A DNA stretch of 64,000 nucleotides from the NCBI GenBank assembly GCA_026710435.1, contig JAPOQZ010000231.1, positions 12,959 through 76,958 of the forward strand. The letters are read 5' to 3'. Below the pieces are notes generated by a model. The model saw only the letters and a program-made list of their open reading frames with translations. It made no database searches and was not told where the DNA came from. The DNA comes from a bacterium. GTDB taxonomy: Bacteria; Actinomycetota; Acidimicrobiia; Spongiisociales; Spongiisociaceae. Shown here in pieces: positions 16,774-25,640 of this stretch. A program made the translations under genes and the position numbers. Positions within the stretch are counted from its first letter, which is position 1. Each line of letters opens with the position of its first letter.

Positions 16774-18132
16774 TCAGACGAGAGTCAGGTACTGGTCGAC
16801 CTCGGCGCGGGTCACCTGGTGATGGTGGGCTAGGAACTCCTGGCGTTTGACAGCCGCGAAGTACTCGCTGTAGGGACCGCCCGGGGTCGTTCCCAGGCCC
16901 TTGCGTAGTACGTCGTTGGCGGCCAGGTTGTCGGCCGCGTGCAGCAGCGTGGGCGGCAGGGTCTTGATGCCACGGGCCGCGATCTCGTCGGGCGGGAGGG
17001 TGTAGAGGTTGTCGGTGTTGGGCTCTCCCGGGTCCATCTGCTTGTCGATGCCGTCGAGGCCGCACGCCGCTATGGCGGCGAAGAGAAGGTAGGGATTGGC
17101 GGCTCCGTCGGGCAAGCGGATCTCGATCCGGTCCGGCTCGGGCACCCGGATCATGTGGGTCCGGTTGTTGCCGCCGTAGGCCGCGTAGGCCGGTGCCCAG
17201 GTCGCTCCTGAGATGGGCGCTCCGACGCCCATCCGCTTGTAGGAGTTGACGATGGGGCAGGCGACCGCCACCAATGCTTCGGCATGGGCAAGCAGGCCGG
17301 CTGTGAACCGGTAGGCAAGGTCGCTGAGCCCGAGTCCTTTGCTGTCGGTCTCGCCAGCCGGGAAGAGAGGCTCGTCGGTGTCATCGGTCCACAGGCTCAT
17401 GTGGGCGTGGAGCCCGTTGCCCGTCTTGTCGGAGAAGGGCTTGGGCATGAACGTGGCGTACCTACCGTCCCGCTGGGCCAGGGTATGCACCATCAGGCGG
17501 AACACGATGAGCCGATCGGCGGTGGTCATGGCGTCCGAGTACTTCCAGTTCTGCTCGAACTGCCCGTTGGCGTCCTCGTGGTCGTTGGCGTAGTTCTCCC
17601 AGCCCATCGCGTTCATGTGCTTGGACACGGCGGTCAGGTGGGGGAGCATGCGGGTAAGGCCCCGGGCGTCGTAGCAGGGCCGGGGATCGGTGTCGCGCTC
17701 GTCGGCGACGCGGAGGCTGCCGTCGTCTTCACGTACCACCAGCGAATACTCGGCTTCGAATCCGGACTTCAACACCAGGTTGCGCCGGGCCAGCCGCTCC
17801 AGCGTTCGCCGCAGGATGACCCTGGGAGCGTACGGCCAGAGTTTGCCTTCCACGGTGGGATCGCACTGCATCACGGCGACGTTCGGTTGCCACGGAAGCT
17901 GGGTGTAAGAGGCAGGATCGGGGATCGCCAGGATGTCCGGGCTGGATGGGTCCTGACCCATGGGACCCGCCGCGAATCCGGCGAACCCGGCACCATCAGC
18001 CATCAGGCCGTCGAGCGCCTCGACGGGCACCAGCTTGGCACACGGCCTGCCGTGCATCTCGACGAACATCGCGTAGATGAACTCGACGCCATCCGCTTCG
18101 ACCTTCGACCGGATCTCCTCCACTGAGCCCAC
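16774..18132 (-). CDS. gmaS: glutamine synthetase family protein, candidate gamma-glutamylmethylamide synthetase
   Basis: GS catalytic-domain motifs are present (FMPKPF, GNGLHAHMSLW, NRTHMIRVP). The GTG start has a GAGGAGG RBS. It is divergent from a three-gene split glutamate-synthase-like operon. Confidence 0.75.
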   Translation of the reverse strand: MGSVEEIRSKVEADGVEFIYAMFVEMHGRPCAKLVPVEALDGLMADGAGFAGFAAGPMGQDPSSPDILAIPDPASYTQLPWQPNVAVMQCDPTVEGKLWPYAPRVILRRTLERLARRNLVLKSGFEAEYSLVVREDDGSLRVADERDTDPRPCYDARGLTRMLPHLTAVSKHMNAMGWENYANDHEDANGQFEQNWKYSDAMTTADRLIVFRLMVHTLAQRDGRYATFMPKPFSDKTGNGLHAHMSLWTDDTDEPLFPAGETDSKGLGLSDLAYRFTAGLLAHAEALVAVACPIVNSYKRMGVGAPISGATWAPAYAAYGGNNRTHMIRVPEPDRIEIRLPDGAANPYLLFAAIAACGLDGIDKQMDPGEPNTDNLYTLPPDEIAARGIKTLPPTLLHAADNLAANDVLRKGLGTTPGGPYSEYFAAVKRQEFLAHHHQVTRAEVDQYLTLV

Positions 18133-18277
18133 GTCAAACCTCCTCGCGCAGCTTCCCGGCAGTCACACAACCCGGCGGTGGGTCTCCGGCTACGACTGCT
18201 GAGAATCGGTATTTCACTAGTAGTGTTCGAACCTACATTAGCCCCGGCAACCCGGGGCGATCGGATCGGAGAGCACC

Positions 18278-19177
18278 ATGTGCGGCATCGTCGGCCTCTT
18301 CCTGAAGACCGAACGCTTTCAACCGCGGCTGGGAGAACTCACCGCCCGCATGCTCCACGAGATGCGGGACCGGGGTCCGGACAGTGCAGGATTCGCCGTC
18401 TACGACCAGGCCCGGGCCGGCACGACCCGCATCACCGTGCTGGCGGAACGGCACCGGCCCGACTGGGGTGAGATCGCCGCCGACCTCGAACCGGTCCTCG
18501 AGGCCGGAGTGTCGGTACGGGCCATCCGGGATCATGCCGTGCTCGAGACCGCGGGCGACGGCAGCCTGGCGCGCCAGTGGTTGATAGACAACGCTCCCCA
18601 TCTCGATGTGCTCAGCTACGGATCCCAGATCGAGATCTACAAGGCGGTGGGCGATCCCGACCTGGTAGCCATCAACTATGACCTGGCGTCCCGTTCCGGA
18701 ACCCATGCCCTCGCCCACACCCGGATGGCTACCGAGTCCGCGGTCACCACCAACGGATCCCACCCGTTCGCCACCGGCGCCGACACGTGCCTCATCCACA
18801 ACGGCTCCCTTTCGAACTACTACCAGCTCCGCAGCCGGCTCCGGCGGCAGGGAGAGATCTTCCAGACCGAGAACGACTCCGAAGTGGCCGCCGGCTACCT
18901 GGCCTGGCGCCTCCGCCGGGGTGACAGCATCGAGGAGGCCCTGCAGCGGGCTCTGGTGGCGCTCGACGGGTTCTTCACCTTCGCCATCGGGATCGAGGAC
19001 GGGTTCGCCGTTCTCCGGGATCCGATCGCCTGCAAACCGGCCATCGTCGCCGAGACCGACGACTGGGTGGCCATGTCGTCCGAGTACCGGGCCATCGTCC
19101 ACCTGCCCGACTCCGGCGACGCAGTTGTCTGGGAACCGGCGCCCGGCGTCGTCTACACATGGACCCGGGCTGCGTGA
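18278..19177 (+). CDS. mgsA: class-II glutamine amidotransferase-like subunit (N-methylglutamate synthase subunit A-like)
   Basis: Starts MCGIVGLF (Ntn Cys). It is homologous to the GltB N-terminal domain but encoded as a separate polypeptide. Confidence 0.8.
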   Translation: MCGIVGLFLKTERFQPRLGELTARMLHEMRDRGPDSAGFAVYDQARAGTTRITVLAERHRPDWGEIAADLEPVLEAGVSVRAIRDHAVLETAGDGSLARQWLIDNAPHLDVLSYGSQIEIYKAVGDPDLVAINYDLASRSGTHALAHTRMATESAVTTNGSHPFATGADTCLIHNGSLSNYYQLRSRLRRQGEIFQTENDSEVAAGYLAWRLRRGDSIEEALQRALVALDGFFTFAIGIEDGFAVLRDPIACKPAIVAETDDWVAMSSEYRAIVHLPDSGDAVVWEPAPGVVYTWTRAA

Positions 19178-19881
19178 GCAGGCCGCACCGGTTCACCACC
19201 ATCGACATGGCGGAGACATCGCTGCGCGACGTCAACCAGAGGCTCCACCGCGCCCGGGAGGGCTCGTTCCGGGTGCTGAACCCCCGTGGAGCGCACAGCG
19301 TGGCCGTTGGGATCGACGCCGACATCACGGTAGAGGTCCTCGGCTCGGTGGGCTACTACTGCGCGGGCATGCACCAGAAGGGGTCGGTCCACGTCCAGGG
19401 CAACGCCAGCACAGGGCTGGCCGAGAACATCATGTCGGGGACCGTGCGCATCACCGGCAGCGCCACCATGTCGGCCGGCGCCACCGGCCACGGCGGTCTG
19501 GTGGTGATCGAGGGGAATGCCGGCGCCCGGTGCGGTATCTCGATGAAAGGGGTCGACATCGTGGTGGGAGGCGACGTCGGCCATATGAGCGCTTTCATGG
19601 CCCAGGCCGGAAACCTGGTCGTACTCGGAGACGCCGGGGACGATCTCGGCGACTCGATCTACGAAGCCAACCTCTACGTGCGGGGCAAGGTGGCGAGCCT
19701 GGGAGCCGATGCGATACGCAAGGACATGCGGCCCGAACACATCCGGACCCTGTCTCGTCTGCTCGCGGCGGCGGCGATGGAGGCCGACCCGGGCGACTTC
19801 ACCCGTTACGGCTCGGCTCGCAACCTCTACAACTTCCACATCGACGATGTCGACGCGGAAGTGGCAGGGAGCGCCCGATGA
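19159..19881 (+). CDS. mgsB: GXGXG-motif protein (glutamate synthase C-terminal-domain-like; N-methylglutamate synthase subunit B-like)
   Basis: It has repeated beta-helix G-x-G motifs (GSVGYYCAGM, GNASTGLAENIMSGTVRITGSA...). The start is ATG 19159 or GTG 19174, which overlaps the upstream stop. Confidence 0.8.
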   Translation: MDPGCVSRPHRFTTIDMAETSLRDVNQRLHRAREGSFRVLNPRGAHSVAVGIDADITVEVLGSVGYYCAGMHQKGSVHVQGNASTGLAENIMSGTVRITGSATMSAGATGHGGLVVIEGNAGARCGISMKGVDIVVGGDVGHMSAFMAQAGNLVVLGDAGDDLGDSIYEANLYVRGKVASLGADAIRKDMRPEHIRTLSRLLAAAAMEADPGDFTRYGSARNLYNFHIDDVDAEVAGSAR

Positions 19882-21212
19882 GTCCCACCGGCGGCAACTG
19901 GCACCTGCGGGAGTCGTACACGTTCGACCGCAACGTGATCGCCGAGATCCACCGGGCGGCCAACACCGGCGTCTACCGGATCAGGGGCTGGGGCGCCAAA
20001 CGGAAGCTTCCCACGTTCGACGACCTGGTCTTCCTCGGCGCGTCGATGTCCCGGTACCCGCTGGAGGGTTACCGGGAGTCGTGTGGGACCGATCTGGTGA
20101 TCGGGGAGGGGCGCGCGGCGCGACCGCTCAAGATCGACATACCGGTGACGATCGCCGGGATGAGTTTCGGCTCGCTCTCCAGCCAGGCAAAGGAAGCCCT
20201 CGGTCGGGGAGCCAGCGCCATGGGTACTTCGACCACCAGCGGGGATGGCGGGATGCTCCCCGAGGAGCGGCAGCATTCGTCGAAGCTCGTCTACCAGTAC
20301 CTGCCGTCGCGCTACGGCCAGAACCCCGACGACCTGCGTTCGGCCGACGCGATCGAAGTGGTGGTGGGCCAGGGAGCGAAGCCGGGAGGGGGAGGGATGC
20401 TCTTGGGCCAGAAGGTCAGCGAGCGGGTGGCTGGGATGCGCACCCTGCCCGCCGGCATCGACCAGAGATCGGCCTGCCGCCATCCCGACTGGACCGGGCC
20501 GGACGATCTCCAGATCAAGATCCACGAACTGCGCGAGGTGGTCGACTGGCAGGTTCCGATCTACGTCAAGATCGGCGCGGCCCGACCTTTCTACGACACG
20601 GCACTGGCGGTCAAGGCCGGCGCCGACGCGGTGGTTGTCGACGGTATGCAGGGCGGCACGGCCGCCACCCAGGACGTGTTCATCGAGCATGTGGGTATCC
20701 CCACCATCGCCGCCATACCGGAGGCGGTCCGGGCCCTGCGGGATCTCGACATGCATCGCAAGTCGGTCAAACTCATCGCCTCGGGCGGTATCCGGTCGGG
20801 CGCTGACGTGGCCAAGGCACTGGCGCTGGGCGCCGACGCCGTCTCGATCGGTACCGCGGCCCTGATCGCCTTGGGCGACAACCACCCCGCCCACGACGAG
20901 GAGTATCGCCGGCTCGGTTCGGCGGCCGGCTTCTGGGACGACCTGCAGGACGGAACCGATCCGGCGGGTATCGCCACCCAGGATCCCCGGCTGACATCCC
21001 GCCTCGATCCGGTTATCGCGGGACGCCGGCTGGCCAACTACCTCCAGGTACTGACGCTGGAGACCCAGACCATCGCCCGGGCCAGCGGCAAGTCGCACAT
21101 CTCCAATCTCGAGCCGGAGGATCTGGCCGCCCTCACGGTCGAGGCAGCCGCCATGGCCCAGGTACCCGTGGCCGGCACCGACTGGATTCCCGGCGACCGG
21201 CGCAAGAGCTAG
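19878..21212 (+). CDS. mgsC: FMN-binding glutamate synthase family protein (N-methylglutamate synthase subunit C-like)
   Basis: The ATG at 19878 overlaps the upstream stop (ATGA). Motifs are GGGMLLGQKV, VVVDGMQGGTAA and ASGGIRSGADVAKALALGADAV. The ORF-track extension back to 18678 is out-of-frame overlap with the two upstream genes. Confidence 0.85.
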   Translation: MSPTGGNWHLRESYTFDRNVIAEIHRAANTGVYRIRGWGAKRKLPTFDDLVFLGASMSRYPLEGYRESCGTDLVIGEGRAARPLKIDIPVTIAGMSFGSLSSQAKEALGRGASAMGTSTTSGDGGMLPEERQHSSKLVYQYLPSRYGQNPDDLRSADAIEVVVGQGAKPGGGGMLLGQKVSERVAGMRTLPAGIDQRSACRHPDWTGPDDLQIKIHELREVVDWQVPIYVKIGAARPFYDTALAVKAGADAVVVDGMQGGTAATQDVFIEHVGIPTIAAIPEAVRALRDLDMHRKSVKLIASGGIRSGADVAKALALGADAVSIGTAALIALGDNHPAHDEEYRRLGSAAGFWDDLQDGTDPAGIATQDPRLTSRLDPVIAGRRLANYLQVLTLETQTIARASGKSHISNLEPEDLAALTVEAAAMAQVPVAGTDWIPGDRRKS

Positions 21213-21272
21213 AAACCGTTTCGAGGACGTCGCCGATCTGGGCACGCCTGGGTCGATCTTGGGGAAAGAGAG

Positions 21273-21379
21273 CTAGGAGGGGGCTGGGCAATCCGCCAGC
21301 GGCCTGCCAATCGCCCGCATGACTCCTGGATCGGCGGGCGGCAGGCCCGAGCAATCGTCGTTCTTCAGCACCTTCCTAC
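21273..21379 (+). repeat. nested-palindrome intergenic repeat, copy C (107 bp)
   Basis: It starts 61 nt after the mgsC stop. Its right-end CTA (21376-21378) is the TAG stop of the minus-strand permease gene. Confidence 0.9.
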
Positions 21380-22428
21380 AGGCCGGATCGGCCGAGCGCG
21401 CCCAAGCCTCCTGTGCTACGCCCTTCGAGCCGGCGCCCGACTCCATCGAGACCGGCCGCCACCACGAGGGCTGCCCCTGCACTCACGCGGAACCAGAACG
21501 GGGCCACACCGAACAGGAGAAGACCGTTGTTGAGAAGCCCGACGAACAGGACGCCGGCTATCACACCGATCAGCGAGCCCCGCCCGCCTCCGAAAGCCAC
21601 GCCGCCGAGGAGGACCGCGCTGAGAACGTTCAACTCGAGCCCATCGCCGGTGAGCGGAGGTGCCGCATCGAGCCTCGAGACGAGGATCATCGCCCCCACT
21701 GCGCTGCCGGCTCCGGTCGCCATGTACAGGTAGACGGGAATGGCGTTGATTCGGATCCCCGCCCTGAAAGCTGCCCTCGCGTTGACGCCGATTGCCACCA
21801 CGTAGCGACCCCATCTCGTCTTGTAGAGGAAGATCGCGCCGAGCAGAACGGTCACGGCGGCAATGGCGACCGGGACGGGTATCTCCAACCACCGCACCCG
21901 ACCTCGACCGATGATGGCGAAGGTGTCGCCGAATCCCGAAGCCGTCCGTCCTTCACTCACCACGAACACCAGCCCGCGGACGCCTGTGAAGAAACCCAAC
22001 GTGACCACGATCGGGGACAGTCCCAGCGGGGCGGAGAGTATTCCCTGCGCGGCGCCGACCGCCAGGCCGATCAACACCACGATGATCAGGGCCGGCAAGA
22101 TCCCCATGACTCCCAGGAGTTTGCCGAGGAGAACCGCGCACAGGCCCGTGATCGAGCCGATCGCGAAGTCGACGTAGCCCGCCATCAGGAGCAGAGCGCT
22201 CGGTATGGCCAGCGTGGCGATGACTGCTGTCTGCAACAGAACCAAGCGGAAGTTCGACACCGTGAAGAACCGGTCGGAGAAAATGGCGAAGAAGACGACC
22301 TCCACAACCAACGCCCCGACGATCCCGTTGCGGAGGATCTTGGCCCAGGTTCCGGCGATCTCCTGCTGGTTGCCTCCCAGTAGGGAAGCGGCTCTCGAAC
22401 GGAGACCCGCGGTTTCAAGTCCGGGCAT
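21376..22428 (-). CDS. ABC transporter permease, monosaccharide (RbsC/AraH-like) type
   Basis: Multi-pass hydrophobic protein with a typical family-2 sugar permease layout. ATG at 22428 (TTG at 22431 is also possible). Confidence 0.85.
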   Translation of the reverse strand: MPGLETAGLRSRAASLLGGNQQEIAGTWAKILRNGIVGALVVEVVFFAIFSDRFFTVSNFRLVLLQTAVIATLAIPSALLLMAGYVDFAIGSITGLCAVLLGKLLGVMGILPALIIVVLIGLAVGAAQGILSAPLGLSPIVVTLGFFTGVRGLVFVVSEGRTASGFGDTFAIIGRGRVRWLEIPVPVAIAAVTVLLGAIFLYKTRWGRYVVAIGVNARAAFRAGIRINAIPVYLYMATGAGSAVGAMILVSRLDAAPPLTGDGLELNVLSAVLLGGVAFGGGRGSLIGVIAGVLFVGLLNNGLLLFGVAPFWFRVSAGAALVVAAGLDGVGRRLEGRSTGGLGALGRSGL

Positions 22429-22681
22429 CAAACCTCGTTCCGGTAGCGATGGTCATAACAATGAGAGGGTGCGCGGAAAGGCGGCCTCGACAGCACCAGT
22501 CGATGCCTGTATCCGCTTCCGGTCGGAACATCCGTGCTCATCATGGGGGTTTCCTGCAGCCGGCGTCATCGGTGTCTCCCCAGTCAAAGCATCCATCCGC
22601 GCACCGGTCAAGGAAGGCGGCCGACATGTGGCCACTCGGGCACTACTTGTCGGCCGCCTCACTGTCCGGATCTGTTGCTCT

Positions 22682-23965
22682 CTAGCTGAGGAACTCTGCG
22701 TAGTTGTCCAGCACCTGCTGTGCGAAGTCCGGCATACCCGGCGTAATGGCCACGTAGTTGAGGACGAGACTCGTGGGCGGCTGCCCTTCGAGGATATTCG
22801 CCGGCAGGTCGGCTACCGCCTTGCCCAACTGGTCGAGGATCAAAGCGCCTGACACACGGTAGATACCGTATTCGTCGGCTCCGGCGAGCAACTCGAGGGC
22901 TTCGTTCTGCCCGTCCATTCCTCCAACGAAGATCTCGCCCGGATCCCGGCCTTCCGACTCGATCTGGCCCACGAACGCCTGGTAAGCGCCGAGAGCTCCG
23001 GCGTCGTTGATCCCGATGACCATGTTGAGGCCCGGGTCGGCTTGCAGGAAAGTCTCCGTAGCTTCGAGCCCGCTTCCCTCGGCAACAGACTCCGCCTCGA
23101 GGGGCGCGACGCCGGTCGCTTCGGTGATGATCTGGCGGATCGGGTCGGTGCGGTCCGTGCATGCCGTGCCACACTGATCGAAAGTGAATAGTGCCCAGGA
23201 GAAGGTCTCCGGATCACCGGTGAAGTCCTCTTCCAACCAGCGAAGAGCTTCGGCCGCCACCGCACGGGCTCCCGCGATGTTCGCGTAGACGATCGACGAG
23301 TCGCCGCCGGGGATGGCCGTCGAGTAACCGACGATCACGATGCCGGCGTCCTTGGCCGACTGCACCACCGGCAGATAGGGATCGATTCCACAAAGTGGCA
23401 GGAACACGATGGCATCGACACCGGCGGCCACGAAGCCCTCGATGTCCTGAACCTGCTTCTCGCAGTCGCCGTTCGCCGAACCTTCGACCCACTCGTAGCC
23501 ACGCCTCTCGGCCTCCAGCCTCGCCGGGTCGGCGACGATCGGATAGATGCCGGAACTCTCATTGCCATAGCTGAACGCGATCGTGCCCCTGACCTCAGGC
23601 TCCATCGCCTCTTCGATCATCTGCTTGGCCTCGGCAAGAGCAGCCTCCGCATCAGCAAGAGCCGCCTGGGAAGCCTCATCCCCCTCCATCGCTTCGGCGG
23701 CAGATGACTGCGCTGCCTCCAGATCGGCTTGGGCCTGGGCCAACGCCGCGGCAGCCGCCTCTGCGTCAGCCTGAGCAGCCTCTGCTTCAGCCTGAGCCGC
23801 AGCAGCCTGTGCCTGGGCGGCGGCCGCTTCGGCCTCCGCTGCGTCGCTCTCGCCGCCATCACCGCAAGCGAATGCGACGAGCGAAAGGGCCGCCAGCAAC
23901 GCAAAGAATCTCCAACTTCGGCGCGGTTGCCCAAGGGGGCGGGCCACCCGGTTTCTACGTGACAT
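22682..23965 (-). CDS. sugar-type ABC substrate-binding lipoprotein (periplasmic-binding-protein type I) with a ~90-aa Ala/Glu/Gln-rich linker
   Basis: The ATG at 23965 has a strong GGAGTAGGAGG RBS. A signal peptide with a lipobox-like LVAFAC is followed by a low-complexity AEAEAAAAQAQAAAAQ... stretch, then an RbsB-like fold (GVDAIVFLP, AGIVIVGY). Confidence 0.8.
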   Translation of the reverse strand: MSRRNRVARPLGQPRRSWRFFALLAALSLVAFACGDGGESDAAEAEAAAAQAQAAAAQAEAEAAQADAEAAAAALAQAQADLEAAQSSAAEAMEGDEASQAALADAEAALAEAKQMIEEAMEPEVRGTIAFSYGNESSGIYPIVADPARLEAERRGYEWVEGSANGDCEKQVQDIEGFVAAGVDAIVFLPLCGIDPYLPVVQSAKDAGIVIVGYSTAIPGGDSSIVYANIAGARAVAAEALRWLEEDFTGDPETFSWALFTFDQCGTACTDRTDPIRQIITEATGVAPLEAESVAEGSGLEATETFLQADPGLNMVIGINDAGALGAYQAFVGQIESEGRDPGEIFVGGMDGQNEALELLAGADEYGIYRVSGALILDQLGKAVADLPANILEGQPPTSLVLNYVAITPGMPDFAQQVLDNYAEFLS

Positions 23966-24323
23966 GGATCCTCCTACTCCGTCCGAGGAATAGGTCATCA
24001 TAACCCAAGGGCCCGCACCCCGGCAGGCGGGGAACCGGTTACCCGGGGCCGGTCGTCGATGGACGGCACCCGGGCTCTATAAGCCCCTCCCGGCGTTGTA
24101 CGTGGAGTGCTGGGCATAACCGCGATCATCGGCGCCCAAGAGCCTGCGTATCCCCGTCGACTGAGTGGCCAACCGCCACTCGCAGTCTTCAATGGAGATC
24201 CTGAAGTCCAACCTCCTGCGGGTCACCGGGTCGATGGCAGGCATCACCTGCGTACAATCACCCTGCGCAGACCTAAGACGGCCCCTTACATGACGATCCC
24301 CACCCAATGACAACCCCCAAGAG

Positions 24324-25460
24324 ATGACGATCCCCACCCCCACGGTGGATCGATCGATGTCCCCTCTGGTGAGAACGAGCCTGGTGGTGGGTCTGATCTA
24401 CATGTTCCTCGTGGGCATCTCGTCACTCGAGTCCGGTATAGGCCACCTGGGGAGCAACGTCCAAGAGACTCTCTTCTCGAGTGTCAGGAAGCCGCTCGCC
24501 GGGCTGTTCGTCGGAATCCTCGGCACGGTGCTGGTGCAGTCATCGTCGGCCAGCACATCGGTCATGGTCGGCCTTGTGGCTTCTGGTGTGCTGGGCTTCG
24601 AATATGCCGTACCGATGGTGATGGGAGCAAACATCGGCACCACGGTTACCAACACGCTCGTATCGCTCGCCCATGTAAGGCGGTCGTTCGAGTTCCAGCG
24701 AGCCTTCGCGGCGGCGACGGTGCACGACTTCTTCAACGTGGTGATCGTCGCGGTCCTGCTTCCGCTGGAGTTGGTCACCGGCGCCATCTCGAACCTGGCC
24801 GGACGGATCAGCGAGCCCCTGGTCGGCTCTGCCGGTTCCGAGTGGAAGAGCCCGGTCAAGGCGTGGGTGAAGGAACCGGTCGGCTGGCTCGAAGGTCTGT
24901 GGGATGGACTCGGCGTAGGCGGCAACGCGCTCGGTGCGGTGCTCGTCGTCTGCGGAATCATGACGGTGTTGCTCGCACTTGCGTTCGTGACCAAGAACAT
25001 GCGTCGGCTTGTGGCCGAACGCGTCGAGCGATCTCTCAACAAGGCTCTCGGGAGGGGCATCGGCCTGGTCGCCCTGCTGGTGGGAGTGGCGATCACGATC
25101 TCGGTGCAGTCATCGAGCATCACCACGTCGATGCTGATCCCGCTGTGCGCCGCCGGAGTCCTTTCGCTGCGGAATGCATACCCGGTCACCCTCGGCGCCA
25201 ACGTCGGCACGACCATCACGGCACTGCTGGCCGCGCTGGCGACCAGCCGGCCTGAAGCGCTCACCATCGCTCTGGTCCACACGCTGTTCAACATCGGCGG
25301 GATCGTGCTGCTCTACCCGATCACAGCCCTTCGAGAGATCCCGATCCGTGCGGCAGAGACCCTCGCCAGGGTGGCGGTCGAGCGGCGCTTGCTAGCTGTG
25401 GCCTATGTGATGGGGATGTTCATCGTCGTCCCGCTCGTGGGCGTTACCCTTCTTCGCTGA
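24324..25460 (+). CDS. Na/Pi cotransporter family protein
   Basis: The motif is duplicated: VQSSSASTSVMVGLVASG...GANIGTTVTN and VQSSSITTSMLIPLCAAG...GANVGTTITA. The start could instead be ATG 24357. Confidence 0.8.
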   Translation: MTIPTPTVDRSMSPLVRTSLVVGLIYMFLVGISSLESGIGHLGSNVQETLFSSVRKPLAGLFVGILGTVLVQSSSASTSVMVGLVASGVLGFEYAVPMVMGANIGTTVTNTLVSLAHVRRSFEFQRAFAAATVHDFFNVVIVAVLLPLELVTGAISNLAGRISEPLVGSAGSEWKSPVKAWVKEPVGWLEGLWDGLGVGGNALGAVLVVCGIMTVLLALAFVTKNMRRLVAERVERSLNKALGRGIGLVALLVGVAITISVQSSSITTSMLIPLCAAGVLSLRNAYPVTLGANVGTTITALLAALATSRPEALTIALVHTLFNIGGIVLLYPITALREIPIRAAETLARVAVERRLLAVAYVMGMFIVVPLVGVTLLR

Positions 25461-25640
25461 GGAACCCCCCACGAAAGTATCGGGCGACCAGGAAGATCCT
25501 CGGCGAGGGGTAGCGATCGCACCGGACTCAGGCCGCCTCCGGCCTCGCGCGCAGCCGGCGACCTCGCCCTGGCGCCTCGGCCGTTTGACATGCCGTGTCC
25601 TCCGATCCGGGGCTGACCTCCCCGTCCAGGCCCACCGTTC

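Noticed and set aside
16616-16822. Recurrent peptides in the ORF track (AGGRPEQSSLFST..., NDDCSGLPPADP...) appearing in ORFs at 16616, 21319, 21273, 57554 and 57508, as if from a small paralogous protein family.
   Set aside because: They are translations of the intergenic palindromic repeat in two frames and strands. The ORFs have no RBS and run into unrelated sequence.
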